64,000 nucleotides of DNA, taken from contig CAVWUH010000002.1 in NCBI GenBank assembly GCA_963758195.1, forward strand, positions 3,981,560 through 4,045,559. The letters are read 5' to 3'. This document shows positions 48,990 to 57,646 of the stretch, one piece after another (within the stretch, counting starts at the first letter, position 1; every line of letters begins with the position of its first letter). The stretch comes from an uncultured Acidobacteriota bacterium. Lineage in GTDB: Bacteria > Acidobacteriota > Thermoanaerobaculia > Gp7-AA8. The position numbers and the translations under genes are program-made. The notes below the pieces were generated by a model. It was not told the DNA's origin and ran no database searches. It saw only the letters and a program-made list of their open reading frames with translations.

Positions 48990-50213
48990 ATGCGGATCCT
49001 CTGGATCGCCCAGTGGTTCCCTCCCGACCTCGGCGCATTACCGGCACGCATCACGGAAATGGCGAGCGTGTGGGTGGCCGAGGGGCATCAGGTCACGGTC
49101 CTCACCGCATTTCCACACCATCCGCTGGGTGAAGTTCCGCCGCGCTATCGCGGCCGTTGGGTCGTCCGCGAGAAGTACGGCGAGATCGACGTCGTTCGCT
49201 GCTGGCTGCTCGCGCTTCCCAATCGGCGGATGTGGCAACGGACGCTCTGCCAGGTGTCGTTCGGCATCACGGCGCTCCTCCTCGGCATCTGGCGCGCGGG
49301 AAAGCCCGACGTCGTCGTCGTGAGCTCGCCCCCGTTCTTCACCGTTCCCGCGGTCTGGCTCCTGGCGCGCATCAAACGCCGGCCGCTCGTCTTCGAAGTG
49401 CGCGATCTCTGGCCCGCGGTCTTCGTCGAGATGGGCGTGATGAAGCGCGGCCTCGCGTATCGCATCCTCGAATCGATGGAGGAGTTCTTCTATCGCGCCG
49501 CGGCGCGCGTGATCGTCGTGACGCGCGCGTTTCGCCAGGATCTGATCAGCCGCGGCGTCGACGCGAACAAGATCGGCGTCATCCCGAACGGCGCCGACAT
49601 CGACATCTACGGCGGCGATGACGCTCGCCCGCGCTTTCGCGAAGCGCTCGGCGGCAACGGCAAGTTTCTCGTCACCTTCGTCGGAACGCACGGAGTGGCG
49701 ACGGGCCTCGATCAGATCCTCGACGCAGCTCAGATCCTGAACGACGACGCGCGCTTCACGTTCGCCTTCGTCGGCGAAGGAGCGGAGCGCGATCGGTTGA
49801 TCGAGTCCGCGCGCTCACGCGGCCTGACGAATATCCTGTTTCATCACGCCGTGGCGAAGGAAGACGTGCGCGACGTCTACGCGTCGTCCGATCTTTCGAT
49901 CGTCTGCCTGAAGCCCGTGCCGTTCCTCGACAAGTTCATCCCCTCGAAGATTTTCGAGATCATCGCCAGCGGCACGCCGATCATCGCCGCCCTCGGCGGC
50001 GAGGCGGCCGACATCGTGCGCGAAGCGGGTCACGCCGTCGTTCCCGCCGGCGACGGCGCCGCAATCGCGCGCGAGATCCGCGCGCTCGCCGAGAATCCCT
50101 CGCGGATCGAAGAGATGAAGCGCCGCGGCCGCATCTCCATCGCCGAGCACTTCGATCGCCGAAAGTTGGCGAGGGAGTATGTCGAGCAGTTGACTGGGAT
50201 CAGTAGACGGTAG
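48990..50213 (+). CDS. family 4 glycosyltransferase, WbuB/WcaI-like
   Basis: ORF 407 aa: MRILWIAQWFPPD, FEVRDLWP, FVGTHG.A.GLDQ, PSKIFEI.ASG.P. The stop codon TAG lies inside the first family-J heptamers. Confidence 0.8.
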   Translation: MRILWIAQWFPPDLGALPARITEMASVWVAEGHQVTVLTAFPHHPLGEVPPRYRGRWVVREKYGEIDVVRCWLLALPNRRMWQRTLCQVSFGITALLLGIWRAGKPDVVVVSSPPFFTVPAVWLLARIKRRPLVFEVRDLWPAVFVEMGVMKRGLAYRILESMEEFFYRAAARVIVVTRAFRQDLISRGVDANKIGVIPNGADIDIYGGDDARPRFREALGGNGKFLVTFVGTHGVATGLDQILDAAQILNDDARFTFAFVGEGAERDRLIESARSRGLTNILFHHAVAKEDVRDVYASSDLSIVCLKPVPFLDKFIPSKIFEIIASGTPIIAALGGEAADIVREAGHAVVPAGDGAAIAREIRALAENPSRIEEMKRRGRISIAEHFDRRKLAREYVEQLTGISRR

Positions 50214-50265
50214 ACGGGTGACGGGGGACGTTCGTGGGTTGCGCAAGCGTTCCCATTGCACACAA
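50202..50265. repeat. heptamer-arm element, family J (GTAGACG units; core GGGGACGTTCGTGGGTTGCGCAAGCGTTCCC)
   Basis: GTAGACG GTAGACG GGTGACG GGGGACG, then a core homologous to 53405-53435. Confidence 0.7.
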
Positions 50266-50266
50266 A

Positions 50267-50356
50267 GGAGGGCGGGCTTATAGCCCGCCGATTCTTTTGG
50301 GTGGAGGGGGACCGGTCCCGCCCGCTCAAAGTCGGCGGGCCATAAGCCCGCCCTCC
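50267..50356. repeat. repeat family E copy
   Basis: GGAGGGCGGGCTTATAGCCCGCCG ... CGGCGGGCCATAAGCCCGCCCTCC, between convergent genes. Confidence 0.8.
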
Positions 50357-52287
50357 TAGGAATCCATCCCTTTCGTCGTCTTCAGGATCGCCGCGGCGTC
50401 GACGACGTAGGTGCTGCCGTAGGCGCGGACCTGGAGGCGGGGCTCGGGGATGGAGACGGACGACTCTTCGGCGAGAACGTCGCGATCCCAGGAGTTGATC
50501 GGCGTGAGCTCGATGCGCATCTGGCGGAGCGGGATGCCCATCGTGTCGCACTCTTCGATGATCGTGCTGCGGCGTCCGTCGTGGAGTTTGGAGGTCGAGA
50601 CGAGGACTTCCTGCACCGCGTGGTTCTCACAGACTTCGCGCAGCCGGTCGCCGGCGTAGACGCGCAGGCCGTGAACGACGCGGCCGACTTTCTTCGGATC
50701 GTCGTCCACGAGCGCCACCGGTTGATAGCCGAGGTCGGGATTGTTGAAGATCTCGCGGAGCAGCAGCTCACCGGCGTCGCCCGCGCCATAGATCACGATC
50801 GGGCGGCCCGCCAGCGCGCGCGGAACGGCGAGGAGCCGGCGCGCCACGCGGAAGGCCATGCGGCTCGAGGTGATCAGCATGAGCAGCAGCAGAACGTCGA
50901 GCAGGAACACTTCGCGCGCGAACTCGAACTTGCGGAACGTGAGCAGGATCGTGACCGTGCTCGCGGCGGAAGCGATGATCGTCGACTTCGTCACGCCGAC
51001 GAGATCGTGAACGCTCGTATAGCGCCACAACCCGCGGTAGACGCCGGTCGCGAGGAACACACCGGCCTTGATCGCCACGATGATCGGCAGCGTGCGGATC
51101 ATCATCATGCAGTTCGGATCGGTCGGATCCATCCGTCCGAAGCGCAACGACCAGGCCGCGTAATACGCGATGACGATCAGCCCCGCGTCGAGCAGCGTCT
51201 CGAAGATGCGCCGCTTGTACGACAGATCGACGAGGAACGTCACCAGAGGGCGCTTGCCGAGATCGGTGTTCGGTGGATAGACCTTGACGCCCGCGAGATA
51301 CGCGCCGGTGAGCGTCAGCAGGATCGTGAAGCCGAGGATGGCCACGACGCTCTCGTACAACGCCAGCGACCGCACCTGCGTCGAGAGAAACCCCGAGATC
51401 GCCGCCAGCGAGTAGAGCAGCCACACCGCGCGGCGCTCGCTCAGACCTAGCGCCACGAGACGATGCGACGTGTGATCGCGGCCGCCCTGCGAGGCCGAGC
51501 GGCCGGAGAGCTTGCGCAGGAGCGTCACGAACGTCGTGTCGAAGATCGGGATCACCAGCGTCAGCACCGGCACGGCGATGACCGGCAGGAAGCTGCGCGT
51601 GCGACCGCTCGTCGTGGTGAGCAGCGCGGTGCTGGCGAGGAAGAAGCCGATGAACATCGAGCCGCAGTCGCCCATGAAGATCGACGCCGGCTGCGAGTTG
51701 TAGATCAGGAATCCGCACAGCGACGCCGCGAGAACGGCGATGACCGTTCCCTCGACCATCTGGCCGAGCGAGAAGAAGTTGATGGCCAGGAACACGGATG
51801 CGATCGCGGCGACGCCGGCCGCGAGACCGTCCATGTTGTCGAGCATGTTCAGCGCGTTCGTGATGCCGACGAGCCAGAACACGGTGATCGCCGAGTTGAA
51901 CAGCCCGGACGACGTCCAGGGCAGCACGAGCCCGGCGTAGACGACGATCGACGCGGCGATGATTTGCACGACGAGCTTCTGATACGGCTTGAGGTTGTAG
52001 ATGTCGTCGATGAGGCCGAGCAGGAACAGCAGCGCGCTGGCCGGGATGATGGCGTGCGTGAGATCGCTCGGCGTGTCGAGCGTGAACAGCGAAACGGCGG
52101 CGACGGAGATGAAGATCGCCGTTCCGCCCAGCAGCGCGGTCGGCTTGCTGTGCCAGCGGTCCTTCTTCGGCGCGGCCACCATCCCCGTCGCACGCGCGAT
52201 GCGGGCCACGAGTGGCGTGAGCAAAGCGGTGACGATCAGCGACAGCAGCGCCGGATGCCACACCTCGGGACGGGTGAACGCGCTCAT
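50356..52287 (-). CDS. WecA/MraY-family (GT4) polyprenyl-phosphate HexNAc-1-phosphate transferase fused to a 4-TM + Rossmann-like module resembling the N-terminus of CapD/WbpM/PglF proteins
   Basis: ORF 643 aa. N half: GLIDD, NA.NM.DNMDGLA, NS.PA.IFMGD.GS. C half: TM segments, then RPIVIYGAGDAGELLLREI...YQPVALVDDDPKKVG..V.GLRV. No dehydratase domain follows. Confidence 0.75.
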   Translation of the reverse strand: MSAFTRPEVWHPALLSLIVTALLTPLVARIARATGMVAAPKKDRWHSKPTALLGGTAIFISVAAVSLFTLDTPSDLTHAIIPASALLFLLGLIDDIYNLKPYQKLVVQIIAASIVVYAGLVLPWTSSGLFNSAITVFWLVGITNALNMLDNMDGLAAGVAAIASVFLAINFFSLGQMVEGTVIAVLAASLCGFLIYNSQPASIFMGDCGSMFIGFFLASTALLTTTSGRTRSFLPVIAVPVLTLVIPIFDTTFVTLLRKLSGRSASQGGRDHTSHRLVALGLSERRAVWLLYSLAAISGFLSTQVRSLALYESVVAILGFTILLTLTGAYLAGVKVYPPNTDLGKRPLVTFLVDLSYKRRIFETLLDAGLIVIAYYAAWSLRFGRMDPTDPNCMMMIRTLPIIVAIKAGVFLATGVYRGLWRYTSVHDLVGVTKSTIIASAASTVTILLTFRKFEFAREVFLLDVLLLLMLITSSRMAFRVARRLLAVPRALAGRPIVIYGAGDAGELLLREIFNNPDLGYQPVALVDDDPKKVGRVVHGLRVYAGDRLREVCENHAVQEVLVSTSKLHDGRRSTIIEECDTMGIPLRQMRIELTPINSWDRDVLAEESSVSIPEPRLQVRAYGSTYVVDAAAILKTTKGMDS

Positions 52288-52294
52288 GCAATCC

Positions 52295-53280
52295 TCAGGC
52301 GGGCACTCCCTCGACGACTTCCGCTCCGCGATGGAACGCGATCACGCTGCGCACGATGTCCTCGAGCGAATGCGTCGACTGGAATCCGACGAGATCGTGG
52401 ATCTTCGACGTGTCCGGAACGCGGCGGGGCATGTCTTCGAATCCTTCTTCGTAGGCCTCGTCGTAGGGGACGTGAACGATCTCCGAGGACGAGCTGGCGA
52501 GACGGCGTACGGTCTCCGCGAGCTGGCCGATGGAGACTTCCTCCGTCGAGCCGATGTTGAAGACCTGCCCGATCGCGGCGGGATGATCGACGAGTTCATG
52601 AGCGCGCTCACGACGTCGTTGACGTGGCAGAAGCAGCGCGTCTGCTTGCCGTCGCCGAACACGGTGAGCGGCGCGCCCGACAGCGCCTGCCGGACAAAGC
52701 GAGGAACGACCATGCCGTACTGGCCGGTCTGCCGCGGTCCGACCGTGTTGAAGAGGCGGACGATGATCGTCGGCAGCTTCTTCTCGCGCCAGTAGGCGAG
52801 AGCGAGGAACTCGTCGATGGCCTTGGAGCAGGCGTAGCTCCAGCGTCCCTTGTTCGTCGCGCCGAGGACGAGGTTGCCGTCCTCGCGGAACGGAACGCGG
52901 TCGCTCAGCCCGTAGACCTCGGAGGTCGAGGCGATGAGGACGGTCTTCTTCTTCTTGTTGGCGATCTCGAGGACCATCTCCGTTCCGCGCACGTTCGTCT
53001 CGATCGTGCGGACGGGACTCTCGACGATCAGCTTGACCCCGACCGCCGCCGCCAGATGGACAACGACGTCGGCGCGGTCGACCAGCTCCGCCAGGACCGG
53101 CGCGTTGCGGACGGAATCGATGGTGTACTAGAACCGTCGATTTGCCTTGAGATGCTGGATGTTGTCGATGCTGCCGGTCGAGAGATCGTCGATGATTCCG
53201 ACCTCGTCGCCGCGTTCCAGATAAGCCTCGGCCAGGTGCGATCCGATAAACCCAGCTCCCCCCGTGATCAACAGACGCAA
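52295..53280 (-). pseudogene. NAD-dependent nucleotide-sugar epimerase/dehydratase (ArnA-C/UXS-like SDR), with an in-frame TAG and a frameshift
   Basis: TTG 53280: LRLLITGGAGFIGSHLAEAYLERGDEV...NRRF*YTIDSV (TAG 53130..53128) ...HLAAAVGVKLIVESP...ASTSEVYG...YACSK...FGDGKQTRCF.HV.D. The frame then changes at ~52597 (MELVDHPAAIGQVFNIGS... to stop 52295). Pieces lie in ORFs 52342..52992 and 52295..53341. Confidence 0.75.
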
Positions 53281-53347
53281 ACCCTGCCTCCGACTCGCGA
53301 TGAATAATTTTTATTGTAGTGCGGAGATGCCTACGGCACAACGGGGC

Positions 53348-53489
53348 GAGTTGGCGGTTGGCAGGAGCGAGACCCGAAGCGGAGTGGACAGGGGACAGGG
53401 AACAGGGGACGCTCGTGCGTTGAGCAAGCGTCCCCTGTGGCCTGTCTACCGTCTACCGGTCAGTTCGTGTCTCCGCCAACCGCCAACGC
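53348..53489. repeat. nested heptamer-arm hairpins: family C outer arms, family J inner element
   Basis: GAGTTGGCGGTTGGCAGG ... [GGACAGG GGACAGG GAACAGG GGACGCTCGTGCGTTGAGCAAGCGTCCCC TGTGGCC TGTCTAC CGTCTAC C] ... CTCCGCCAACCGCCAACGC. Confidence 0.8.
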
Positions 53490-53509
53490 GAACGATTCAT
53501 AATGTCCCG

Positions 53510-54244
53510 GTGCTGCCGCCCATCGACGGCCTCTCCCGCGCCGATCTCGAGGCCTTCCTTGCCGAGAACCTCTCCTCCCTGACCGAGGACGAAGCGCTGA
53601 CCGTTCTCGAGAACCCGTTCATCACTCCGCAGCTCATCGGCAGGCTCGCGCAGAATCCACGCATCACTGGGTTTTACTCGGTTCGTCTGCGCATGGTCGG
53701 GCATCGGCAGACGCCGCAGGCGCACGCGGTGAAGCTCGTTCACTATCTTTACTGGTTCGATCTCGTCCGCCTCTCCGTCGACGTTCAAGTGAGGGCGCCG
53801 ATCCGCCGCGCGATCGACACGCAGCTTCTTCTTCGCGTCGAGCGACTCTCCCTCGGCGAGCGCGTGGCGTCGGCGCGCCGTTGCGGGTTTGCACTCATCA
53901 AGGTGCTGCTCTTCGATCCGCATCCGACGATCTTCGAGGCGCTGCTCAACAACCAGCTTCTGCGCGAGGACGATCTCCTGGCGCTCGTGACGTCGAGCCG
54001 GGCCACCGCGGAAAAACTGGCCATGGTCGCCGGCAACGCGAAGTGGTCGTACCGGTACGCCGTGCGCAAGGCGCTGGTCCTCAATCCGATCACGCCACGC
54101 GCGGCGGCCGCTTCGCAGTTGCGCTACCTGCGGCGCGTCGATCTCCGGCAGATCTACGTCAACCCGGCAACGTCGGTTTACCTGCGACGTTGTATTGAGC
54201 GCATGCGCCCGGACGATTTTTCGGCGGTCGTTCAGAGTGATTGA
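53510..54244 (+). CDS. hypothetical alpha-helical repeat protein
   Basis: Frame of ORF 53264..54244, start taken at GTG 53510, the first start after the repeat. Repeated L..NP.ITP motifs (LENPFITPQLIGRLAQNPRIT, LVLNPITPRAAA). No family recognised. Confidence 0.5.
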   Translation: MLPPIDGLSRADLEAFLAENLSSLTEDEALTVLENPFITPQLIGRLAQNPRITGFYSVRLRMVGHRQTPQAHAVKLVHYLYWFDLVRLSVDVQVRAPIRRAIDTQLLLRVERLSLGERVASARRCGFALIKVLLFDPHPTIFEALLNNQLLREDDLLALVTSSRATAEKLAMVAGNAKWSYRYAVRKALVLNPITPRAAAASQLRYLRRVDLRQIYVNPATSVYLRRCIERMRPDDFSAVVQSD

Positions 54245-54260
54245 CTACAATACCGGCCGG

Positions 54261-55127
54261 ATGCCTGATCAGGAGCCCGAGGGGCAGGGAGGCGGCTCGG
54301 AGCTCGCCTCGTTCGGGGAAGAGTTGCGACGCGAGCGCGAGATTCGCGGAATTTCGCTCAAAGAGATCGCGGACGCCACGAAGATCAGCCGACGCTTCCT
54401 CGAAGCCATCGAGCGCAACGACCACAAAACGCTTCCCGCGCCCGTGTTCACGCGGGGCTTCGTCCGCGAATACGCGCGCTACGTCGGCCTGAACATCGAG
54501 GACATGGTCAACCGCTACAACTTCGCGGCCTCGCGCGACGATCGGATCGAAAAGCCGCCGGAAGTGCAGCGCTATCCGCAGACTCCGGTGAAGGACATCA
54601 GTCCGAAGATTCAGCCGAAGCGCGGGATCCCGCCCGTCTACGCGCGCGTCAATCTCAACCTCCTCGCCGTGGCCGTCATCGCCGCCGCGCTCGCCGGCGT
54701 CGCCTGGTGGGCCGTCCACAACAAACGCTTCGATCTCGAATCGGGAACCGAGGCAACGGCCACGCTTCCGCTCACCACGCGTACGCCCGTTCGGGCTCCG
54801 GCGATTGCGCCGCCGCCGGCGCCCGCCGATGATTCGATGCTGCATCTGGCGGTCGAAGTCACGGAAAAATCGTGGGTGGTTCTCGACGCCGACGGAAAAA
54901 ATGTCTTCAGTGACGACATGCTGAAAGGGGAGCGGAAGACCTTCGACGCCAGCGAGGCCTTCAAGTTCCGCACGATCGGCAACGCCGCCGGTCTTTCCCT
55001 GATTTTGAACGGAACGAAGATCCCGCCCCTCGGCAAGGAGGGGGAAGTAATCAAGAACCGTGTCTTCGACCGCGAGGCGCTCAATCGTCTTCGCGGCGCG
55101 AAACCCGAGATCCAAACCGCGCCATGA
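54261..55127 (+). CDS. rodZ: RodZ-like protein (XRE-type HTH, one TM, C-terminal DUF4115-like domain)
   Basis: Frame of ORF 54195..55127 from ATG 54261: GEELRREREIRGISLKEIADATKIS.RFLEAIE.ND...LPAPVFTRGFVREYARY.GL, TM LLAVAVIAAALAGVAWWAV, and C-terminal W.....DG......ML.GE...F. Confidence 0.7.
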   Translation: MPDQEPEGQGGGSELASFGEELRREREIRGISLKEIADATKISRRFLEAIERNDHKTLPAPVFTRGFVREYARYVGLNIEDMVNRYNFAASRDDRIEKPPEVQRYPQTPVKDISPKIQPKRGIPPVYARVNLNLLAVAVIAAALAGVAWWAVHNKRFDLESGTEATATLPLTTRTPVRAPAIAPPPAPADDSMLHLAVEVTEKSWVVLDADGKNVFSDDMLKGERKTFDASEAFKFRTIGNAAGLSLILNGTKIPPLGKEGEVIKNRVFDREALNRLRGAKPEIQTAP

Positions 55128-56231
55128 GCACCACCGCACCGAGCGATCTCAGCGCAACCGCCGTCATCCAGATGATCGCCGCGGGTGCTTATCCACGCGA
55201 CGTCGTCACCACGATCGCCCGCGGCTTCATGCCGCTGGCGCAGGAAGATCTCATCGGCGTGCTGGCCTATCTCGTCAGCGCTGGTGACGGGGAGATCTCC
55301 GCGCTTGCGCGGACCTCGCTGCACGACGTTCCGATACGGGCGATGTTCGAGTACGCGTCGAATGAAGCGATCGCCGGCGATCAGCTCATCCGCCTCGTCG
55401 ACGTGGCAACCGACACCCTCGTGCTCGAGGCGCTCATCCGCAATCGCGCGGTGCCGGACTCCTCGATCGCCGAGCTTGCGCTGCGCGCCGAGGCGCGGCT
55501 GCAGGAAGTCATCGTCATCAACCAGGCGCGCATTCTTCGCGCGCCGGAGATCCTCGACGCTCTTCTCGAGAATCCGAATCTGACGCCCGACGCCCGCCGG
55601 CGGGCGATGGAGACGAAGGAAGAGTTCTTCGAGAAGAAAGCGCGGCTGCTGCTGATCGAACAGGAGCGGGCGGCGGAGGCCGAGAGAGAGCCGCTGATCG
55701 TCGATGCGCCGCTCGAGGAGATCGCCGACTTGCTCGAGAAGGCCGCGGAGCTCGGCGACGAGGTCACGCCGACGGTGGTGACGATCACCGACTCCGATCG
55801 CATGGATCCGCAGAAAGCGGCGGTGTGGGCGCGCATTCAGTTCATGACGATCAGCGAGAAAGTGCAGCTCGCGTTCAAGGGCGATCGCACGATCCGCATG
55901 ATCCTGGTGCGGGAGCGGAACAAGCTGATTTGCGCGGCGGTCATGCGCAATCCTCGGATGACGGAGACGGAAGTGGAGAGCATCGCCGGCATGCGCAACG
56001 TGGAGGAAGAGGTCCTTCGCCTCATCGCCTTGCGGCGCGACTGGATCAGCAAGTACAGCATCATGCTGGCGCTCCTCCGCAATCCGAAAGCGCCCATCGG
56101 GGTTGTCCTGCCGTTCGATCAATCGTTTAACCTTACGTGATTTGAAAGGGTTGAAGGACGACAAGGGAGTACAGGCAGTCGTCCGCGACATGGCGAGAAA
56201 GTCGTATACGTCTCGAACCCAGAAAGAATGA
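55124..56231 (+). CDS. hypothetical alpha-helical repeat protein, frame-disrupted near 56117
   Basis: ORF 55124..56140 (repeated ..RNP....... motifs). After VLPF the sensible continuation INRLTLRDLKGLKDDKGVQAVVRDMARKSYTSRTQKE* is in the +1 frame. It ends in an ATGA overlap with the next gene. Confidence 0.5.
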
Positions 56232-56876
56232 AGGTCAACTACTACGAGATTCTGGGCGTCGATCGATCGGCTAGCGAGCAGGAGATCCGCGAGAGATTCC
56301 GGAAGCTCGCCCGTGAGAATCACCCTGACCGCTACCGGGCAACGACAAGGCCGGAGCGGAGAGGATGTTCCAGACCCTGACCGAGGCCTCAACGTCCTGA
56401 CGAATCCGGCCAAGCGTAAACAGCACGACAGCGAGATCGCCGGCGGCGGCGGGCGCGGTCCGGCCGATTTCACTCAGGTGGCCAAGGCCTACCTGAGCAA
56501 GGGTGTGAAGGCTTTCAAGGAAGGCGACTGGAGCACGGCGTACGAGAACTTCGACATGGCCGTGAAGCACAACCCGCAGGATGCGAAAGCGTTTCACTAT
56601 CTCGCGCTGGCCGCGGCACGCATTCCGTCGCACACGCGCCAGGCCATGCAGGCCATCGAAACCGCCGTTGCAGCGCGAGCCGATGAATGCGTTGTTCCTC
56701 AAAGATGCCGGCCAGATCTGCCAAGCGCGCCGGCCTGCTCGCGAAAGCGGAGCGCTATTTCGAGATGGCCCTCAAGTGGGACGCCTCGAACGTCGAGGCT
56801 CAGGCTGGCACTGGCTGAGCTTCGCAGCCAAGGAGGCAGCCGGAAAGGCGGATTCTCGCTCTTCGGGAAACGCTGA
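56228..56876 (+). pseudogene. DnaJ (J-domain) + TPR protein with about 5 frameshifts
   Basis: MKVNYYEILGVDRSASEQEIRERFRKLARENHPDRYR | GNDKAGAERMFQTLTEA | LNVLTNPAKRKQHD...TPR-like KAFKEGDWSTAYENFDMAVKHNPQDAKAFHYLALAA... | REPMNALFLKDAGQIC | KRAGLLAKAERYFEMALKWDASNVEAQAG | LAELRSQ...GKR*. Each bar marks a frame change (~56338, 56387, 56673, 56722, 56810). Confidence 0.7.
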
Positions 56877-57642
56877 TGCTCATGGACGTCAAGGCATAGG
56901 GACTGACGCACGTCGGCCGGCAACGGCAGCACAACGAGGATGCGTTCCTCGTGGAGAAGGAGGCCGGCCTCTTTCTCGTCGCCGATGGCATGGGCGGCCA
57001 CGCCGCCGGCGAGATCGCGTCGCGCATCGCTGTCGACTCCATCTCCGAGTTCATCCTGCACACGAAGGAAGACGACGGCACCTGGCCGCACGCCTACGAC
57101 GAGCATTACTCGCGCACGACCAACCGGCTGATGGCCGCGCGTGCGCATGGCCAACACACGCGTGCTCGAAGCGATGCGCAAGGATGCGCGGCTGCGCGGC
57201 ATGGGCACGACCGTCGTCGCCTGTCTGGCCGAGGACGAGACGGTGTCCGTCGCGCACGTCGGCGATTCGCGCGCCTATCTCATCCGCGACGGAGCTCTCT
57301 CGCGGATCACGAACGATCACTCCTGGGTCTTCGAGCAGGTTCAGGCGGGGATGCTCACCGAGGCCGAGGCGGAGAAGCATCCTCTGCGCAACGTCATCAC
57401 CCGCGCCCTCGGCGGCGCGTCTGCAGGTCACGCCCGACGCGTCGGAGATCGCAGCGAAACCGGGCGACGTCTTCCTGCTCTGTTCGGACGGCCTCACGGG
57501 CATGGTCCCTGAAGATGAGATTCTTCGACTCGTCACTTCGAGCAACGGCGACCTGGAAGAGCCTGCCAGCGATCTGATCGACGCGGCGAACGAGCGGGGC
57601 GGCCTCGATAACGTCACCGCCGTCCTCGTCAAGACTGTTTAG
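56876..57642 (+). pseudogene. PP2C-family Ser/Thr protein phosphatase with an in-frame TAG and 2 frameshifts
   Basis: [48 protein letters not shown] (TAG 56897-56899) ... | VRMANTRVLEAMRKDARLRGMGTTVVA...VAHVGDSRAYL...ITNDHS...RNVITRALGG | LQVTPD...GDVFLLCSDGLTGMV...GGLDNVTAVLV*. Frame changes at ~57140 and ~57420. Confidence 0.8.
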
Positions 57643-57646
57643 AAAC

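Noticed and set aside
56897-56899. In-frame TAG codons (also 53128-53130) as pyrrolysine or reassigned sense codons
   Set aside because: TAG is used as the ordinary terminator of several intact genes here (MarR 13711, asnB 39976, WbuB 50211, PP2C 57640, selW 57958, the leader peptide, WecA-fusion 50356). Both affected genes also carry frameshifts. I saw no Pyl-related context.
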